Part shown: positions 1 to 31,510 of the stretch, piece after piece
How positions within the stretch are numbered: position 1 is the stretch's first letter
Layout: each line of letters starts with the position of its first letter
DNA from: Macrostomum lignano
Lineage: Eukaryota
Direction of reading: 5' to 3'
DNA: 64,000 nt
NCBI GenBank assembly: GCA_002269645.1
Contig: NIVC01000001.1
Coordinates: 496,001-560,000 of the forward strand
Made by a program: the position numbers and the translations under genes
The notes under the pieces: model-generated
Seen by the model: the letters and a program-made list of their open reading frames with translations, nothing else
Told to the model about the DNA's origin: nothing
The model's database searches: none

Positions 1-1380
1 AGATGACAATGGTTCTTTTATTATTATGCCATATGCCAAAGCAGTTCATAAGACACAAGGATGGGATACTAGGACACTGAAAGCAGATATATTGTCTTCT
101 TTTGACAATGTTGGCACCAATGCCTTGGTTGATTTTGGCCAACAACCTGGCCTGACTTGCTTAGAATTAGAATGTGCCTGGCTATGATGGCTACCCAACT
201 GACTCAAACCAAAATGCAACATCTGCTTTGCCCAGACTGTTCAATCAAATCCTTAATCACAACTTCTAGGAAGCTCTTTATTCCTGTCATATTCTAGTAA
301 ATGATCTAAGCATTGCAAACCAGAAAAAGGATATGAAAACTGAGCTTCTGAAACCATTTTTCATTTTCCTATTTGGATGATTTAGCTGGAGTCCACTGTC
401 CAGGCAATCTATGCTGCCCATAAAAGATGAATAGTTGGCAATGCAAACCAACCAGTCAAAAAGATGCTGAAACATGTCATCTATCAAGAACTTCTTGACA
501 AAAAGATTTATTTTTATCAGAATATCAGTTTGATACAGTAGATTTCATAATTAATTGCAACCAGTTGTTCCCAGAAATTCAAGACATTGATCTGGTCATT
601 CATCATCATGCTCTGTGTAATGACTTGAGGATGAAGTCTTGATTTGCTATGCACTGGGAATTGGCTCCCGAGTGGCAGACAGGAATAAGAGATGTAAACC
701 AGGCAATATCGTCTAGCTTTGCCATATATTTGTGGGCTCCTGGGCCCCAACATAGCCAGGCACACTGTGGCACAATGCATGGAACACGTGTATGAATGGT
801 GCACACATGGTGCAAACAAACATAATCAGTGGGAGCGGCAGACCATATGGCCAGGGCTGCGCCAGCCTAGGCCATCACACTCTGATAGAATGTTCTAGGC
901 TTTTTACTGTTCCACAAGTTTATTATTTTTGTCTTCTTCCAAATTGGCCTCATCCTCAGAGTCCAAGTCAGTGCTGTTGTTGATTTCAGACTTGTCAGTT
1001 AGTGTCAGATTTAAGACTGAGTCTACACTTTGCTGTCAATAAAGCTTGCCTAGGTGGAGGTCTTCTCAAAGCCATGGATTTTGAAATGTTGTAGATTAAT
1101 ATAAAACACTTTTGTCTGTGACAGAAACTTCTAAACTTACAGATGACATAAACATACATGTTAAATATACAAAACCTTTAACTCTGTGGTCTTTCTGACT
1201 GGAATGGGGATGCCAGGTTTGAGCAGAAAGAAAGTGTCTATGGCCCAAATTCAACCTATCCAACTGAAACAGGGAGTGACAAATATCTTTACTATCTTGA
1301 AGAGGTAAAGAGTCATTGGAATAGGCAGAATTGCCTCAATACTACATTTTTTCATGTTCAATTTTGATCAATGAGTTTTT
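1..1380. pseudogene. CpG-depleted, decayed coding/transposon-like sequence (family not identified)
   Basis: Only 5 CpG counted in 1-1380 (none in the first ~660 nt). Plus-strand frames read as protein-like stretches broken by TGA/TAG stops and frameshifts. Confidence 0.35.
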
Positions 1381-1388
1381 GAAAAATC

Positions 1389-1825
1389 GAGATACTAGAA
1401 CAACTAGATGGGCCACTCAGCACATTTGCGCTCAAGCTACTTTCAGTTCAGTAGTAAGTTAAACTGAAGCATTTTAATGTAGTCTTGATGAAAATGCTCA
1501 TTTATTGGCTTCTACCCCAAACTTAAACCCTCAAACTCCACACGGAACCTCTACCCCGCCCCGCCACCCAATTTTTATTACCTTCCTCAGCTGTTCCAGC
1601 CTAAATTTGCCATGTACGTTTCAGTGGCCAATGTACATTATGGCTGAACCAATTAGCAAGCTGTTTATGCCTGCAAGCTTGGGCTTCTAAACTTATCTAA
1701 GTCATTTAAGCTGCCTTTATTTTTATAAAATAGCTTATGTATTCTACTTTGCTACTGAACTGAAAGTAGAAAGCTGTTTTGCTAAGTATATGCCTGAGTG
1801 GCCCATCTAGTTATTCTAGTATCTG
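1389..1825. mobile_element. hAT-like MITE family 1, copy A
   Basis: ~31-bp TIR AGATACTAGAACAACTAGATGGGCCACTCAG / CTGAGTGGCCCATCTAGTTATTCTAGTATCT. Sub-terminal inverted repeat TACTTTCAGTTCAGTAG. 8-bp flanks gaaaaatc/aaaaaatc (1 mismatch). Confidence 0.75.
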
Positions 1826-2100
1826 AAAAAATCCCAGAATACTGGTCTCCAAATACCAATGTTTCTAATTTTGGAATTGCAGGCAAAACTGCAATCCCAG
1901 TATTTTGTTCCATAATTGCAGGATTCACTACTACTCTTGTTAACAAAACTAGACTGAGTAGTCAGTTTTGAGTTCTGCTTTGAATCTAGGCTTGCTTGCT
2001 CTCTAACATGATATTTTCTATTCTACTCCTAGTACTTGAGCATGGCCCGTTTCATGGTCTCCATTAATTTCATGCTTCAGCCACTTTGCTGCCAGTGAAG

Positions 2101-5100
2101 ATGTACCGCCGGAATTTCCCAAACGATCCGGGCTTTGCCGACAGCATTGCTGTCGCTGCCAGGCAGCAGCAGATGCAGCAGAGCCTGGGCTCGAATCGAA
2201 CTCGGGGCGTCCGTCTTGTCCGCTACTTGGTTTTCGCAGCGCTGCTCCTCGCTGGCTGCTGCCTGGCCTACTGGAATGAGGCTCGCGCCGTGGCCCGTGA
2301 CCGAATCCTCTACGAAGGCCTGGAACGAGTGACGTCACTGCCAGCTGCTGAGTACCACTCTACTGGCAACGAGGGTCGCCTAGTGCACGTTTCGGGTCAG
2401 CTGACCGTGTCCGGCTGGTGCCTGGACCCAGAGTTCCGCGTTCGCCTGCGGGCTTATCGAATGCAACGCACCGTTGAGATGTACCAGTGGCGCGAGGAGC
2501 TTGAGCACAGCGAGGTGAGGCAATGTCGGAGGCTGGAGGGGGTCGGGATGCTATGGTCACAGGTATGGGATCGCAAGATCCCGGTTTTTCGTGATAACCG
2601 GGTTTAAAGGCTCGTAAGATATAAGTTACACTTTATCAGTGTCACACTTTATCAATGTCCCACTTTATCAATGTCACATTTTATCAATGTCACACTTTAT
2701 CAATGTCACATTTTATCTATGTCACACTTTATCAATGTCACACTTTATCAATGTCACACTTTATCAATGTCACATTTTATCAATGTCACACTTTATCAAT
2801 GTCACATTTTATCTATGTCACACTTTATCAATGTCACACTTTATCAATGTCACACTTTATCAATGTCACATTTTATCTATGTCACATTTTATCAATGTCA
2901 CATTTTATCAATGTCACATTTTATCAATGTCACACTTTATCAATGTCACATTTTATCAATGTCACACTTTATCAATGTCACACTTTATCAATGTCACATT
3001 TTATCAATGTCACACTTTATCAATGTCACACTTTATCAATGTCACATTTTATCAATGTCACATTTTATCAATGTCACACTTTATCAATGTCACACTTTAT
3101 CAATGTCACATTTTATCAATGTCACATTTTATCAATGACACATTTTATCTATGTCACACTTTATCAATGTCACATTTTATCTATGTCACACTTTATCAAT
3201 GTCACACTTTATCAATGTCACACTTTATCAATGTCACACTTTATCAATGTCACACTTTATCAATGTCACACTTTATCAATGTCACATTTTATCTATGACA
3301 CACTTTATCAATGTCACATTTTATCAATGTCACATTTTATCTATGTCACATTTTATCAATGTCACATTTTATCAATGTCACATTTTATCAATGTCACATT
3401 TTATCTATGTCACATTTTATCAATGTCACATTTTATCTATGTCACACTTTATCAATGTCACACTTTATCAATGTCACACTTTATCAATGTCACACTTTAT
3501 CAATGTCACATTTTATCTATGTCACATTTTATCAATGTCACATTTTATCAATGTCACACTTTATCAATGTCACACTTTATCTATGTCACACTTTATCAAT
3601 GTCACATTTTATCAATGTCACATTTTATCAATGTCACACTTTATCAATGTCACACTTTATCAATGTCACACTTTATCAATGTCACACTTTATCAATGTCA
3701 CACTTTATCAATGTCACACTTTATCAATGTCACACTTTATCCAGTCACAGTTTCTCCCCTTGTCTCTACTTTATCAGTCGTGTCAAATCAGTGCTTGTTG
3801 CTAATTAGTTATCTGATCCCACTTACACTGGATCTCAGGTGGCGCAGCCCGATGGCAGCTCTCGCACAGAATCTGTGCCGGTGTACAGAACCGACTGGCT
3901 GCCCTACCTGGTGGACAGTCGGCAGTTCCAGGAGCAGCGGCAGCACCAGAATCCGCGCTCTCTGCCGCACGCGAGCATAAATTTCACAGCCGATGCGGCC
4001 AGCCTTGGCGCATTCGAACTGGCGCCAGTCTTCCTGGATCAGCTGACTGCCGACACCGCGCTGAAGAATCCGCCAAGCAGTGAGGTGTGTCAAATGTCTG
4101 CCTTGTGTACCTGTCTAAACTACTCACCTGTATGCCTAAACTACTCATCTACCTGTCTAAACTACTCACCTGTCTGTCTAAACTACTCATCTACCTGTCT
4201 GAACTACTCATCTACCTGCCTAAACTACTCATCTACCTGCCCAAACTACTCATCTACCTGCCTAAACTACTCATCTACCTGTCTGAACTACTCATCTACC
4301 TGCCTAAACTACTCATCTACCTGCCTAAACTACTCATCTACCTGCCTAAACTACTCATCTACCTGTCTGAACTACTCATCTACCTGCCTAAACTATAATC
4401 TTCCTGTCTAAACTACTCATCTACCTGTCTAAACTACTCATCTACCTGTCTAAACTACTCATCTACCTGTCTGAACTGCTCATCTACCTGTCTGAACTAT
4501 TCATCTACCTGTCTGAACTGCTCATCTACCTGTCTGAACTGCTCATCTACCTGTCTAAACTACTCATCTACCTGTCTAAACTACTCATCTACCTGTCTAA
4601 ACTACTCATCTACCTGTCTAAACTACTTATCTACCTGTCTAAACTACTTATCTACCTGTCTAAACTACTCATCTACCTGTCTAAACTACTCATCTACCTG
4701 TCTAAACTACTCATCTACCTGCCTAAACTACTCATCTACCTGTCTAAACTACTCATCTACCTGTCTAAACTACTCATCTACCTGCCTAAACTACTCATCT
4801 ACCTGTCTAAACTACTCATCTACCTATCTGAACTGCTCATCTACCTGTCTAAACTACTCATCTACCTATCTGAACTACTCATCTACCTGCCTAAACAACT
4901 TATCTACCTGTCTGAACTACTCATCTACCTGTCTAAACTACTCATCTACCTGTCTGAACTACTCATCTACCTGTCTGAACTACTCATCTACCTGTCTAAA
5001 CTACTCATCTACCTGTCTAAACTACTCATCTACCTGTCTAAACTACTCATCTACCTGCCTAAACTATTCATCTACCTGTCTAAACTACTTATCTACCTGT

Positions 5101-7760
5101 CTAAACTACTCATCTACCTGTCTAAACTACTCATCTACCTGTCTAAACTACTCATCTACCTGCCTAAACTACTTATCTACCTGTCTAAACTACTTATCTA
5201 CCTGTCTAAACTACTCATCTACCTGTCTAAACTACTCATCTACCTGTCTAAACTACTCATCTACCTGCCTAAACTACTTATCTACCTGTCTGAACTACTC
5301 ATCTACCTGTCTAAACTACTCATCTACCTGTCTAAACTACTCATCTACCTGTCTGAACTGCTCATCTACCTGTCTAAACTACTCATCTACCTGCCTAAAC
5401 TACTCATCTACCTGCCTAAACTACTCATCTACCTGCCTAAACTACTCATCTACCTGCCTAAACTACTCATCTACCTGCCTAAACTACTCATCTACCTGTC
5501 TGAACTACTCATCTACCTGCCTAAACTACTCATCTACCTGCCTAAACTACTCATCTACCTGCCTAAACTATAATCTTCCTGTCTAAACTACTCATCTACC
5601 TGTCTAAACTACTCATCTACCTGTCTAAACTACTCATCTACCTGTCTGAACTGCTCATCTACCTGTCTGAACTATTCATCTACCTGTCTGAACTGCTCAT
5701 CTACCTGTCTGAACTGCTCATCTACCTGTCTAAACTACTCATCTACCTGTCTAAACTACTCATCTACCTGTCTAAACTACTCATCTACCTGTCTAAACTA
5801 CTTATCTACCTGTCTAAACTACTTATCTACCTGTCTAAACTACTCATCTACCTGTCTAAACTACTCATCTACCTGTCTAAACTACTCATCTACCTGCCTA
5901 AACTACTCATCTACCTGTCTAAACTACTCATCTACCTGTCTAAACTACTCATCTACCTGCCTAAACTACTCATCTACCTGTCTAAACTACTCATCTACCT
6001 ATCTGAACTGCTCATCTACCTGTCTAAACTACTCATCTACCTATCTGAACTACTCATCTACCTGCCTAAACAACTTATCTACCTGTCTGAACTACTCATC
6101 TACCTGTCTAAACTACTCATCTACCTGTCTGAACTACTCATCTACCTGTCTGAACTACTCATCTACCTGTCTAAACTACTCATCTACCTGTCTGAACTAC
6201 TCATCTACCTGCCTAAACTACTCATCTACCTGTCTGAACTACTCATCTACCTGCCTAAACTACTCATCTACCTGCCTAAACTACTCATCTACCTGCCTAA
6301 ACTACTCATCTACCTGCCTAAACTACTCATCTACCTGCCTAAACTATAATCTTCCTGTCTAAACTACTCATCTACCTGCCTAAACTACTCATCTACCTGC
6401 CTAAACTATAATCTTCCTGTCTAAACTACTCATCTACCTGTCTAAACTACTCATCTACCTGTCTAAACTACTCATCTACCTGTCTGAACTGCTCATCTAC
6501 CTGTCTGAACTGCTCATCTACCTGTCTAAACTACTCATCTACCTGTCTAAACTACTCATCTACCTGTCTAAACTACTCATCTACCTGCCTAAACTATTCA
6601 TCTACCTGTCTAAACTACTTATCTACCTGTCTAAACTACTCATCTACCTGTCTAAACTACTCATCTACCTGTCTAAACTACTCATCTACCTGCCTAAACT
6701 ACTTATCTACCTGTCTAAACTACTTATCTACCTGTCTAAACTACTCATCTACCTGTCTAAACTACTCATCTACCTGTCTAAACTACTCATCTACCTGCCT
6801 AAACTACTTATCTACCTGTCTGAACTACTCATCTACCTGTCTAAACTACTCATCTACCTGTCTAAACTACTCATCTACCTGTCTGAACTGCTCATCTACC
6901 TGTCTAAACTACTCATCTACCTGTCTGAACTACTCATCTACCTGTCTAAACTACTCATCTACCTGTCTAAACTACTCATCTACCTGTCTAAACTACTCAT
7001 CTACCTGTCTGAACTGCTCATCTACCTGTCTGAACTACTCATCTACCTGTCTGAACTGCTCATCTTCCTGTCTAAACCACTAATCTACCTACTTTAACTA
7101 CTCATCTATCTGTCGAAACTACTGCACCTGCACCCTACCCCTACCCCGCAGGTGCCCCTAGAAGAGCTGTCCAAGCGCGGCTACCAGTGGCTGGACGGTC
7201 ACCTGTACGCAGCCGGCTCCGACCCCAGGCGGCCGCAGGTTGGCGATGCGCGAATTCGCTGGAGCTACGGCGGCCTCGCGGGCGAAGCGGTCACCATCGT
7301 TGGCCGTCAGTCGGGCTCCAGCCTGGCAGCTTTCCCTGTGCCGAACGGCGAGATCGACTCCATAGCTCTGCTGGCCAGGGGCTATCAATCACCTAGGCGG
7401 ATGTTCGCCTGGCAGCTGGCCAAGAGCCGGCTGCATCTCTGGCTGCTCAGGGCCGCCGCCTGGCTGCTCATGCTCATCGCCTGCTTTGTGCCCGGCTCTC
7501 GGGGCGTAGAAATTCTTCTGTGGCGGCTGGCCCCGCCGCTGCGCCCGCTGCTGGCTCTGCCGCCTGTCACTCTTTATGTGTGCCTGTCCGGCTGCCTGTC
7601 ACTGGCAGTCACCGGTGTGGCTTGGCTGCGTCACCGGCCCGTCATGGGCCTGACGCTGATGCTGGTGTGCGCGGCGCCGCCTGCGCTGGCCCGCCTGCGG
7701 CCGGCCGCCATTGCCGCCGCTGCCAGGCTGCGGAGCAGAACGACCGTGGCGCCGATTTGA
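2101..7760 (+). CDS. TMEM43: Transmembrane protein 43 (LUMA) homolog, 3 exons: 2101-2514, 3839-4084, 7152-7760 (~422 aa)
   Basis: Motifs YWNEARAV, NEGRLVHVSG, RTVEMYQWRE and GDARIRWSYGG match TMEM43/DUF1625 as recalled (TNEGRAL, NEGRLVHIIG, RHVEMYQW). Both introns are phase 0 with GAG|gtgagg..ctcag|GTG and GAG|gtgtgt..cgcag|GTG. C-terminal TM helices; stop TGA 7758-7760. Confidence 0.92.
2626..3748. repeat. 16-bp minisatellite (TGTCACAC/TTTTATCAA), TMEM43 intron 1
   Basis: About 70 tandem units seen directly. Confidence 0.97.
4105..7125. repeat. 21-bp minisatellite (CTAAACTACTCATCTACCTGT), TMEM43 intron 2
   Basis: About 140 tandem units with a higher-order 1175-bp duplication. Confidence 0.97.
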
Positions 7761-8081
7761 TGCCGAGTGTCCTTGAAGGGTTCAATTGAGGTCGAAATAG
7801 AAGGTTGCTCTAGGGTCAAGTAAGGCCGACAAATAGTCGCTTGTTGGGAAGCGTCACTTAAGGCAAAGAAGGCCTGCCCGTTAAAAAAGATACTGAGACA
7901 AGAATCGCTAAAGATTCGTTGCAAACGGCTCACGACACTAGTGACTTTTAACGACTGATTCGTCACGTGAGTTGTAGAATCGTAAAAAAGTCGTAAAAAA
8001 GAATCGTTGTGTTGGCGCTTACCTCTGTACTAACTCAGTAGGCTAAGCTAGAGTGCAATTAGTGTTCAATAGGCTACACCG

Positions 8082-8424
8082 CAGGCACTAAAATAACTAG
8101 ACGGGCCACTCAGGCATATATACTTGGCAAAACAGCTTTCTACTTTCAGTTCAGTAGCAATGAAGAATACAAAAGCTATTTTATAAAATAAAGGCAGCTG
8201 AGATGACTTTGATAAGTTTAGAAGCCCAAGCTTGCAGGCGTAAACAGCTTGCTAATTGGTTCAGCCATAATGTACATTAGCCACTGAGGTTCTGTATGGA
8301 GTTTGAGGGTTTAAGCTTGGGGGGTAACAACCAATAATTGAGCCTTGTCTTTAAAAATACATTAAAAATGCTCCAGTTTGCACGCAAATATGCTGAGTGG
8401 GCCATCTAGTTAATCTAGTATCTG
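8082..8424. mobile_element. hAT-like MITE family 1, copy B (inverted relative to copy A, with an internal deletion)
   Basis: 8090-8290 is the reverse complement of ~1620-1820 at high identity. Same TIR ending ..CTAGTATCTG. Confidence 0.75.
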
Positions 8425-9183
8425 TGGGCTACACTGAGTGTGTATTGCGCAACTGTAACTCGGATTTTGTGACGCGTCTCTGAAGTGAGCTATAGCGCTT
8501 CTTCTGCGACTTAAGTTCAAGTTGTTGATGAGGCCAGATTAGGTTCAATTGGGGTCAACTTTGAGATGTAACAGATTGGTCAACTGACCTTATGGAGGGA
8601 GTTTAAGTGTCGTATAGTGAGGTCAAATAAGGTCAAGAATTTAAAACGGTGTTCAAATAGAATAATTGAAATGTATTGCAGACAGATTTTGCTTTTAATG
8701 CAGTTTTCATCTTCCTTATTTTCTCTGCATTTTCTCGATTGCTTGTCTCGCCGCGTCTCTTTGACTCTGCTAGCTTTTTTATTTTGTCTTACCGTGAACA
8801 CTACTGCCCGTAAGTAGCATATATTCAGTTGTACTAAATCCTTCACAAAAAATGTTCTGCACTAAAGCCCAATTCGATTTCACTAAAACCAATAGCAATG
8901 AAAGTGTTAGTTAGGATTTGATCTAACAGGTGCTAAGTGCCCGCTTATTCAAGCTCTTTGTTTGTTACCTTACCTGTCAATAAATTATTACATTCCATCG
9001 GTAAAGAAACAATTTTATTCCAGACTGACTACTTACTTGGCTGGAAAGTAGCGTCTTGGTTTTTTTTGGATTTCTAGTTTTATCTACACAAATAAGTCTG
9101 CTTTAGTTTCTGTAGTCCATTGCCAAGGAATAATTTACTGAAGTATACCGTAGTCCAAGTAGTGCTCTTACTCTTGCGACTTA

Positions 9184-9537
9184 GGGGGACCGTAGCCCAG
9201 TGGTTTGGTGCGGCGCTTTGATGTGCCAGCGGCCCGGGCTCGGTTCCAAGTGCAGTCACGTTAATTTGAGGCGGCTAAACTGGAATCCCTGTTTACGTCT
9301 GCACTGAGGGCCAACCCCCAGGGCACAGTGAAGTGTACATGCCTAACGATAAATAAAGTTAGGGCCGCTGTACACTCCTGTGTGCCTGTGCGTATGACTG
9401 CGCAATTATCCGCACGCTTGTGTGTCTGCTCAGGGGAGTCGGCGGAATGAGCAACAATACCTCTCGTCGGATGTGTGACAATGTCGCTTAAAGTGCACCT
9501 GGGTGCACTCAGCCCCCTGCCGGTAATAAAATAAAAA
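9184..9537 (+). mobile_element. tRNA-derived SINE family A
   Basis: GGGGACCGTAGCCCAGTGG (A box) .. GGCTCGGTTCC (B-box-like), conserved body, AATAAAATAAAA tail. Homologous to copies at 14149, 31701 and 43886. Confidence 0.8.
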
Positions 9538-9754
9538 CATTCTCTAAATTGGATCCAGATACGCAGGTGTCTTAAATTAAACAATTTAATCATAGCTCTC
9601 TTTGAAAGCTATGTTATGCTGTAAAATTTGCCAGAACCTGTCAACTTGGCTCCTGTGATCAACTGTTTATTGTTCTGCTTGCAGATTTCTGACATCCAAC
9701 TAGCGGCAGAGAGAATTAGGAAGAGAACTTGCGGAGAAGAGCCACCAAGAGCAA

Positions 9755-25707
<15,953 letters not shown>

Positions 25708-25849
25708 GTCGCTGGACTGCTCTTTTGCACTGCAGCTTGGAGTCCTAGATTTTAGGGCCTATTCTCTTTTTTATGTTCTTTGCTGGCTGCTGACTCTGAC
25801 TTTGCTGATTTACTTTTACCTGCGCTTATTGATGTTGAGTCAGGGCCTT

Positions 25850-27312
25850 AGCACCCCACCTCACCCCAGACTCTCCCACCCTCTCACCACGGACTCTCCC
25901 ACCCTCTCACCCCGGACTCTCCCACCCTCTCACCACGGACTCTCCCACCCTCTCACCCCGGACTCTCCCATCCTCTCACCACGGACTCTCCCACCCTCTC
26001 ACCACGGACTCTCCCACCCTCTCACCCCGGACTCTCCCACCCTCTCACCCCGGACTCTCCCACCCCTCACCCTGGACTCTCCCACCCCTCACCCTGGACT
26101 TTCCCATCCCTCACCCCGTACTCTCCCACCCTCTCACCACGGACTCTCCCACCCTCCCACCCCGGACTCTCCCACCCCTCACCCTGGACTCTCCCACCCT
26201 CCCACCCCGGACTCTCCCACCCCTCACCCTGGACTCTCCCACCCCTCACCCCGGACTCTCCCACCCCTCACCCTGGACTCTCCCACCCTCTCACCCCGGA
26301 CTCTCCCACCCCTCACCCTGGACTCTCCCACCCCTCACCCCGGACTCTCCCACCCCTCACCCCGGACTCTCCCACCCCTCACCCCGGACTCTCCCACCCT
26401 CTCACCACGGACTCTCCCACCCTCTCACCCCGGACTCTCCCATCCTCTCACCACGGACTCTCCCACCCTCTCACCCCGGACTCTCCCACCCTCTCACCCC
26501 GGACTCTCCCACCCTCTCACCCCGGACTCTCCCCCTCCCACCCCGGACTCTCCCACCCCTCACCCTGGATTCTCCCACCCCTCACCCCGGACTCTCCCAC
26601 CCCTCACCCCGGACTCTCCCACCCCTCACCCCGGACTCTCCCACCCCTCACCCCGGACTCTCCCACCCTCTCACCACGGACTCTCCCACCCTCTCACTCC
26701 GGACTCTCCCACCCTCTCACCCTGGACTTTCCCATCCCTCACCCCGTACTCTCCCACCCTCTCACCACGGACTCTCCCACCCTCTCACCCCGGACTCTCC
26801 CACCCTCTAACCCTGGATTCTCCCGCCCTCTAACCCTGGATTCTCCCGCCCTCTCACCCCGGATTCTCCCACCCTCTCACCCCAGACTCTCTCCCCTCCC
26901 ACCCGGACTCTCCCACCTCTCACCCCGGACTCCCCCATCCTCTCACCCCGGACTCTCCCACCCTCTAACCCTGGATTCTCCCGCCCTCTCACCCCGGATT
27001 CTCCCGCCCTCTCACCCCGGATTCTCCCACCCTCTCACCCCAGACTCTCTCCCCTCCCACCCGGACTCTCCCACCTCTCACCCCGGACTCCCCCACCCTC
27101 TCACCCCGGACTCTCCCCCTCCCACCCCGGACTCTCCCACCCCTCACCCTGGACTCTCCCACCCCTCACCCCGGACTCTCCCACCCCTCACCCTGGACTC
27201 TCCCACCCCTCACCCTGGACTCTCCCACCCTCACCCCGGACTCTCCCACCCCTCACCCTGGACTCTCCCACCCCTCACCCTGGACTCTCCCACCCCTCAC
27301 CCTGGACTCTCA
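25850..27312. repeat. 23-24-bp C-rich minisatellite (CCCCGGACTCTCCCACCCTCTCA) downstream of the LRRC61 stop
   Basis: Seen directly. Confidence 0.97.
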
Positions 27313-28466
27313 CGCCCTGTCACCACCGACCCTCCAATGTTTTTGTCTGATTCTGTATAAATTGTTTACAATTATGACATTTTATAATGCACAAACACTT
27401 TACATATACCGTCCAAAATAAGATTTTGTAGTTTTTTCCTATTTCTCTTATTAATTGACAGAAAATTTAAACTTTTTTTCACCGCAGTTGTTTACTTTAT
27501 TTCAAACTATATTCATATTAATTAGTAATACAAATAACCTGCTGAATTTCGCGTATATTTAAAAGTACAAATCGTACATGTAAATAAACAGTGCTATTGT
27601 TTAAATCGAATATGTCTATACATTAACATAATATAGATGGCATACATTGAAAAGCAAGCGATGGGAATACAGAGAATTGCATAGCAATGACAACCAAAAG
27701 TTTGAAGGCGGCGGCATGGCCAAAAGCAAGGCTGGGAACTGGGAAATCATTGTTGGAGCCGAGAAGGAAGATAAGAAAATATTATGTCATTAAAGAAGCT
27801 AGACTAGACAGAGAACTACTCAAAATTGGAAGTTGTAGTATACACGAGGGGAGATTATTTGGATTTTGAATACACCAGAAGCCGTTATATCAGGTAACAC
27901 AGGATAAATGGACTAAGCGATTTATAATGACTGGGTACAGTAGTACGACTGTTAAATTCTCGAGAAGCACCGCAATAAAAATCAAATATTATAATTACCT
28001 CATTACAGGATTCATTCGACTAGTGCATTTCCAAATAGTATTAATAGTAGTATTATTAAATACTACTAATACTTTGTGGCGCATATGGTAGATAAACAAA
28101 CTGAAAAGTTTTACATGAAAACATTTTTATTAATGGTAGTCACATCATTTTATTATAGCGCTAAAATAGGCACCGAAGCCAACACCAGTTTAATGGAGCC
28201 TAGTCAAATCGCGCTCTAGCCTAACGTACATCCATTCAATGTACAGTTCTATTAAATTCAAATCATCTAGTCCGACAATGTACACGTGCGCTCCAGATCA
28301 CGTGACTCAACCTCAAATGTACATTCGTTCCCCCGCGCCAAAGACCACATTTAGATTGTAAAAAGCGGACAATTAAATTACAACTACGCAACAACCTCAA
28401 TGGGAATACTGACTGTACATGCATTAAGACTTCTCTAGTCAACCAAAAACAGCTTGTTAAAGCAAG

Positions 28467-28810
28467 CAGGGGCCAGCAAACTCCGCGCCAATAGGGGGCC
28501 TTTGAGACTTCAAGTTCAAAATAACAATCCGGCTAACTTATGTCTGTTTTCAGCTTTCTCTCTTCTCTCCCCTCTTTTTCTCTCTTCTCTCTCTTTCCCA
28601 TATACTCTTTCCTCTCTTCTCTCCCTCCTCTCCCCATTTCTCTCCCCTCTCCTCTTTCCCTTCTTCTCTCCCCTCTCCTCTCTCCCCTCTCCTCTCTCCC
28701 GTCCACTCCTCTTATCTTGCATATTTTCTCACAATAACATCTCTCGCCTCTCCTCTCTTTTCCACTCTCATCTGGCCCGCAGCCATGCGCTAAATGTTTG
28801 CTGACCCCTG
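28467..28810. mobile_element. hAT (Charlie-like) MITE family 2 with internal CT-rich satellite
   Basis: 15-bp TIR CAGGGGCCAGCAAAC / GTTTGCTGACCCCTG (1 mismatch); right flank GTTTAAAG; CT-rich tract 28550-28770 inside. Confidence 0.7.
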
Positions 28811-29019
28811 GTTTAAAGATGCATGCAATACATGCATCAATAAGTCCAGTAATAGAACAAATATCTAACCCTATGTGATACTAATAATACTCGAATAATA
28901 TCGATTCCTACAAGTAGAAAACAGGCACAAAGTTCACCGAGTCAACAGACTTCCGTGTTTGTTGTGGTTAAAAGTTTCTAGCGAATGAAAGCTTCAACTG
29001 GATCACCATTAAGTTAAAA

Positions 29020-29340
29020 CAGGGGTCGGCAAACTCCCGCTCGCGGGCCACATGCGGCCCTCAAAGTCTCTCTATCCGGGCCTCGGGTCCTTTGAAACAT
29101 CACAATGGCAACGCGGTCCGCTCAAGGTTTCTCTCTTCTCAGCTCTCTACTCTTTAATCCCTTTTCTCCTCTCCTCTCCTCTCCTCTCCCTTCTCTCCTC
29201 TCTTCTCTCTATTCTCTCCCTTCTCCTATAGCTCGTATCATCACTCCTCTACTCGCGTCTCTTCTCTTCTCCTTTATTCCCTCATCTCTCCTTTCTCATC
29301 AGTCGCGCCTCCGATCTAGAAGGGAGGCCTGGTCGTCGCC
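29020..29340. mobile_element. hAT MITE family 2-related, left end plus CT-rich tract
   Basis: CAGGGGTCGGCAAACTCCCGCTCGCGGGCCACATGCGGCCC left terminus; internal segment shared with 53880-53990; no right TIR found. Confidence 0.55.
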
Positions 29341-29485
29341 TATTATTTCTTTAAGAAAATTTTGCACTGCTCAGTTGAGAAGTTATTTATACCCCTTTAT
29401 GCTTCCTTATGAGTCTACATTCTTATTCTTGTAACAAATGGATCCAGAAGAGCTTTCATTGGGTCGTACCAGCCACCGTCAGTCA

Positions 29486-31510
<2,025 letters not shown>

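Noticed and set aside
2639-4411. Long ORFs (MSHFINVT.. and CLNYSST.. repeats, up to 441 aa)
   Set aside because: Translations of intronic 16- and 21-bp arrays; only 3839-4084 is real exon.
27660-27900. Possible LINE/RT 3' remnant (60-aa ORF 27687-27869)
   Set aside because: No recognisable motif in any frame.
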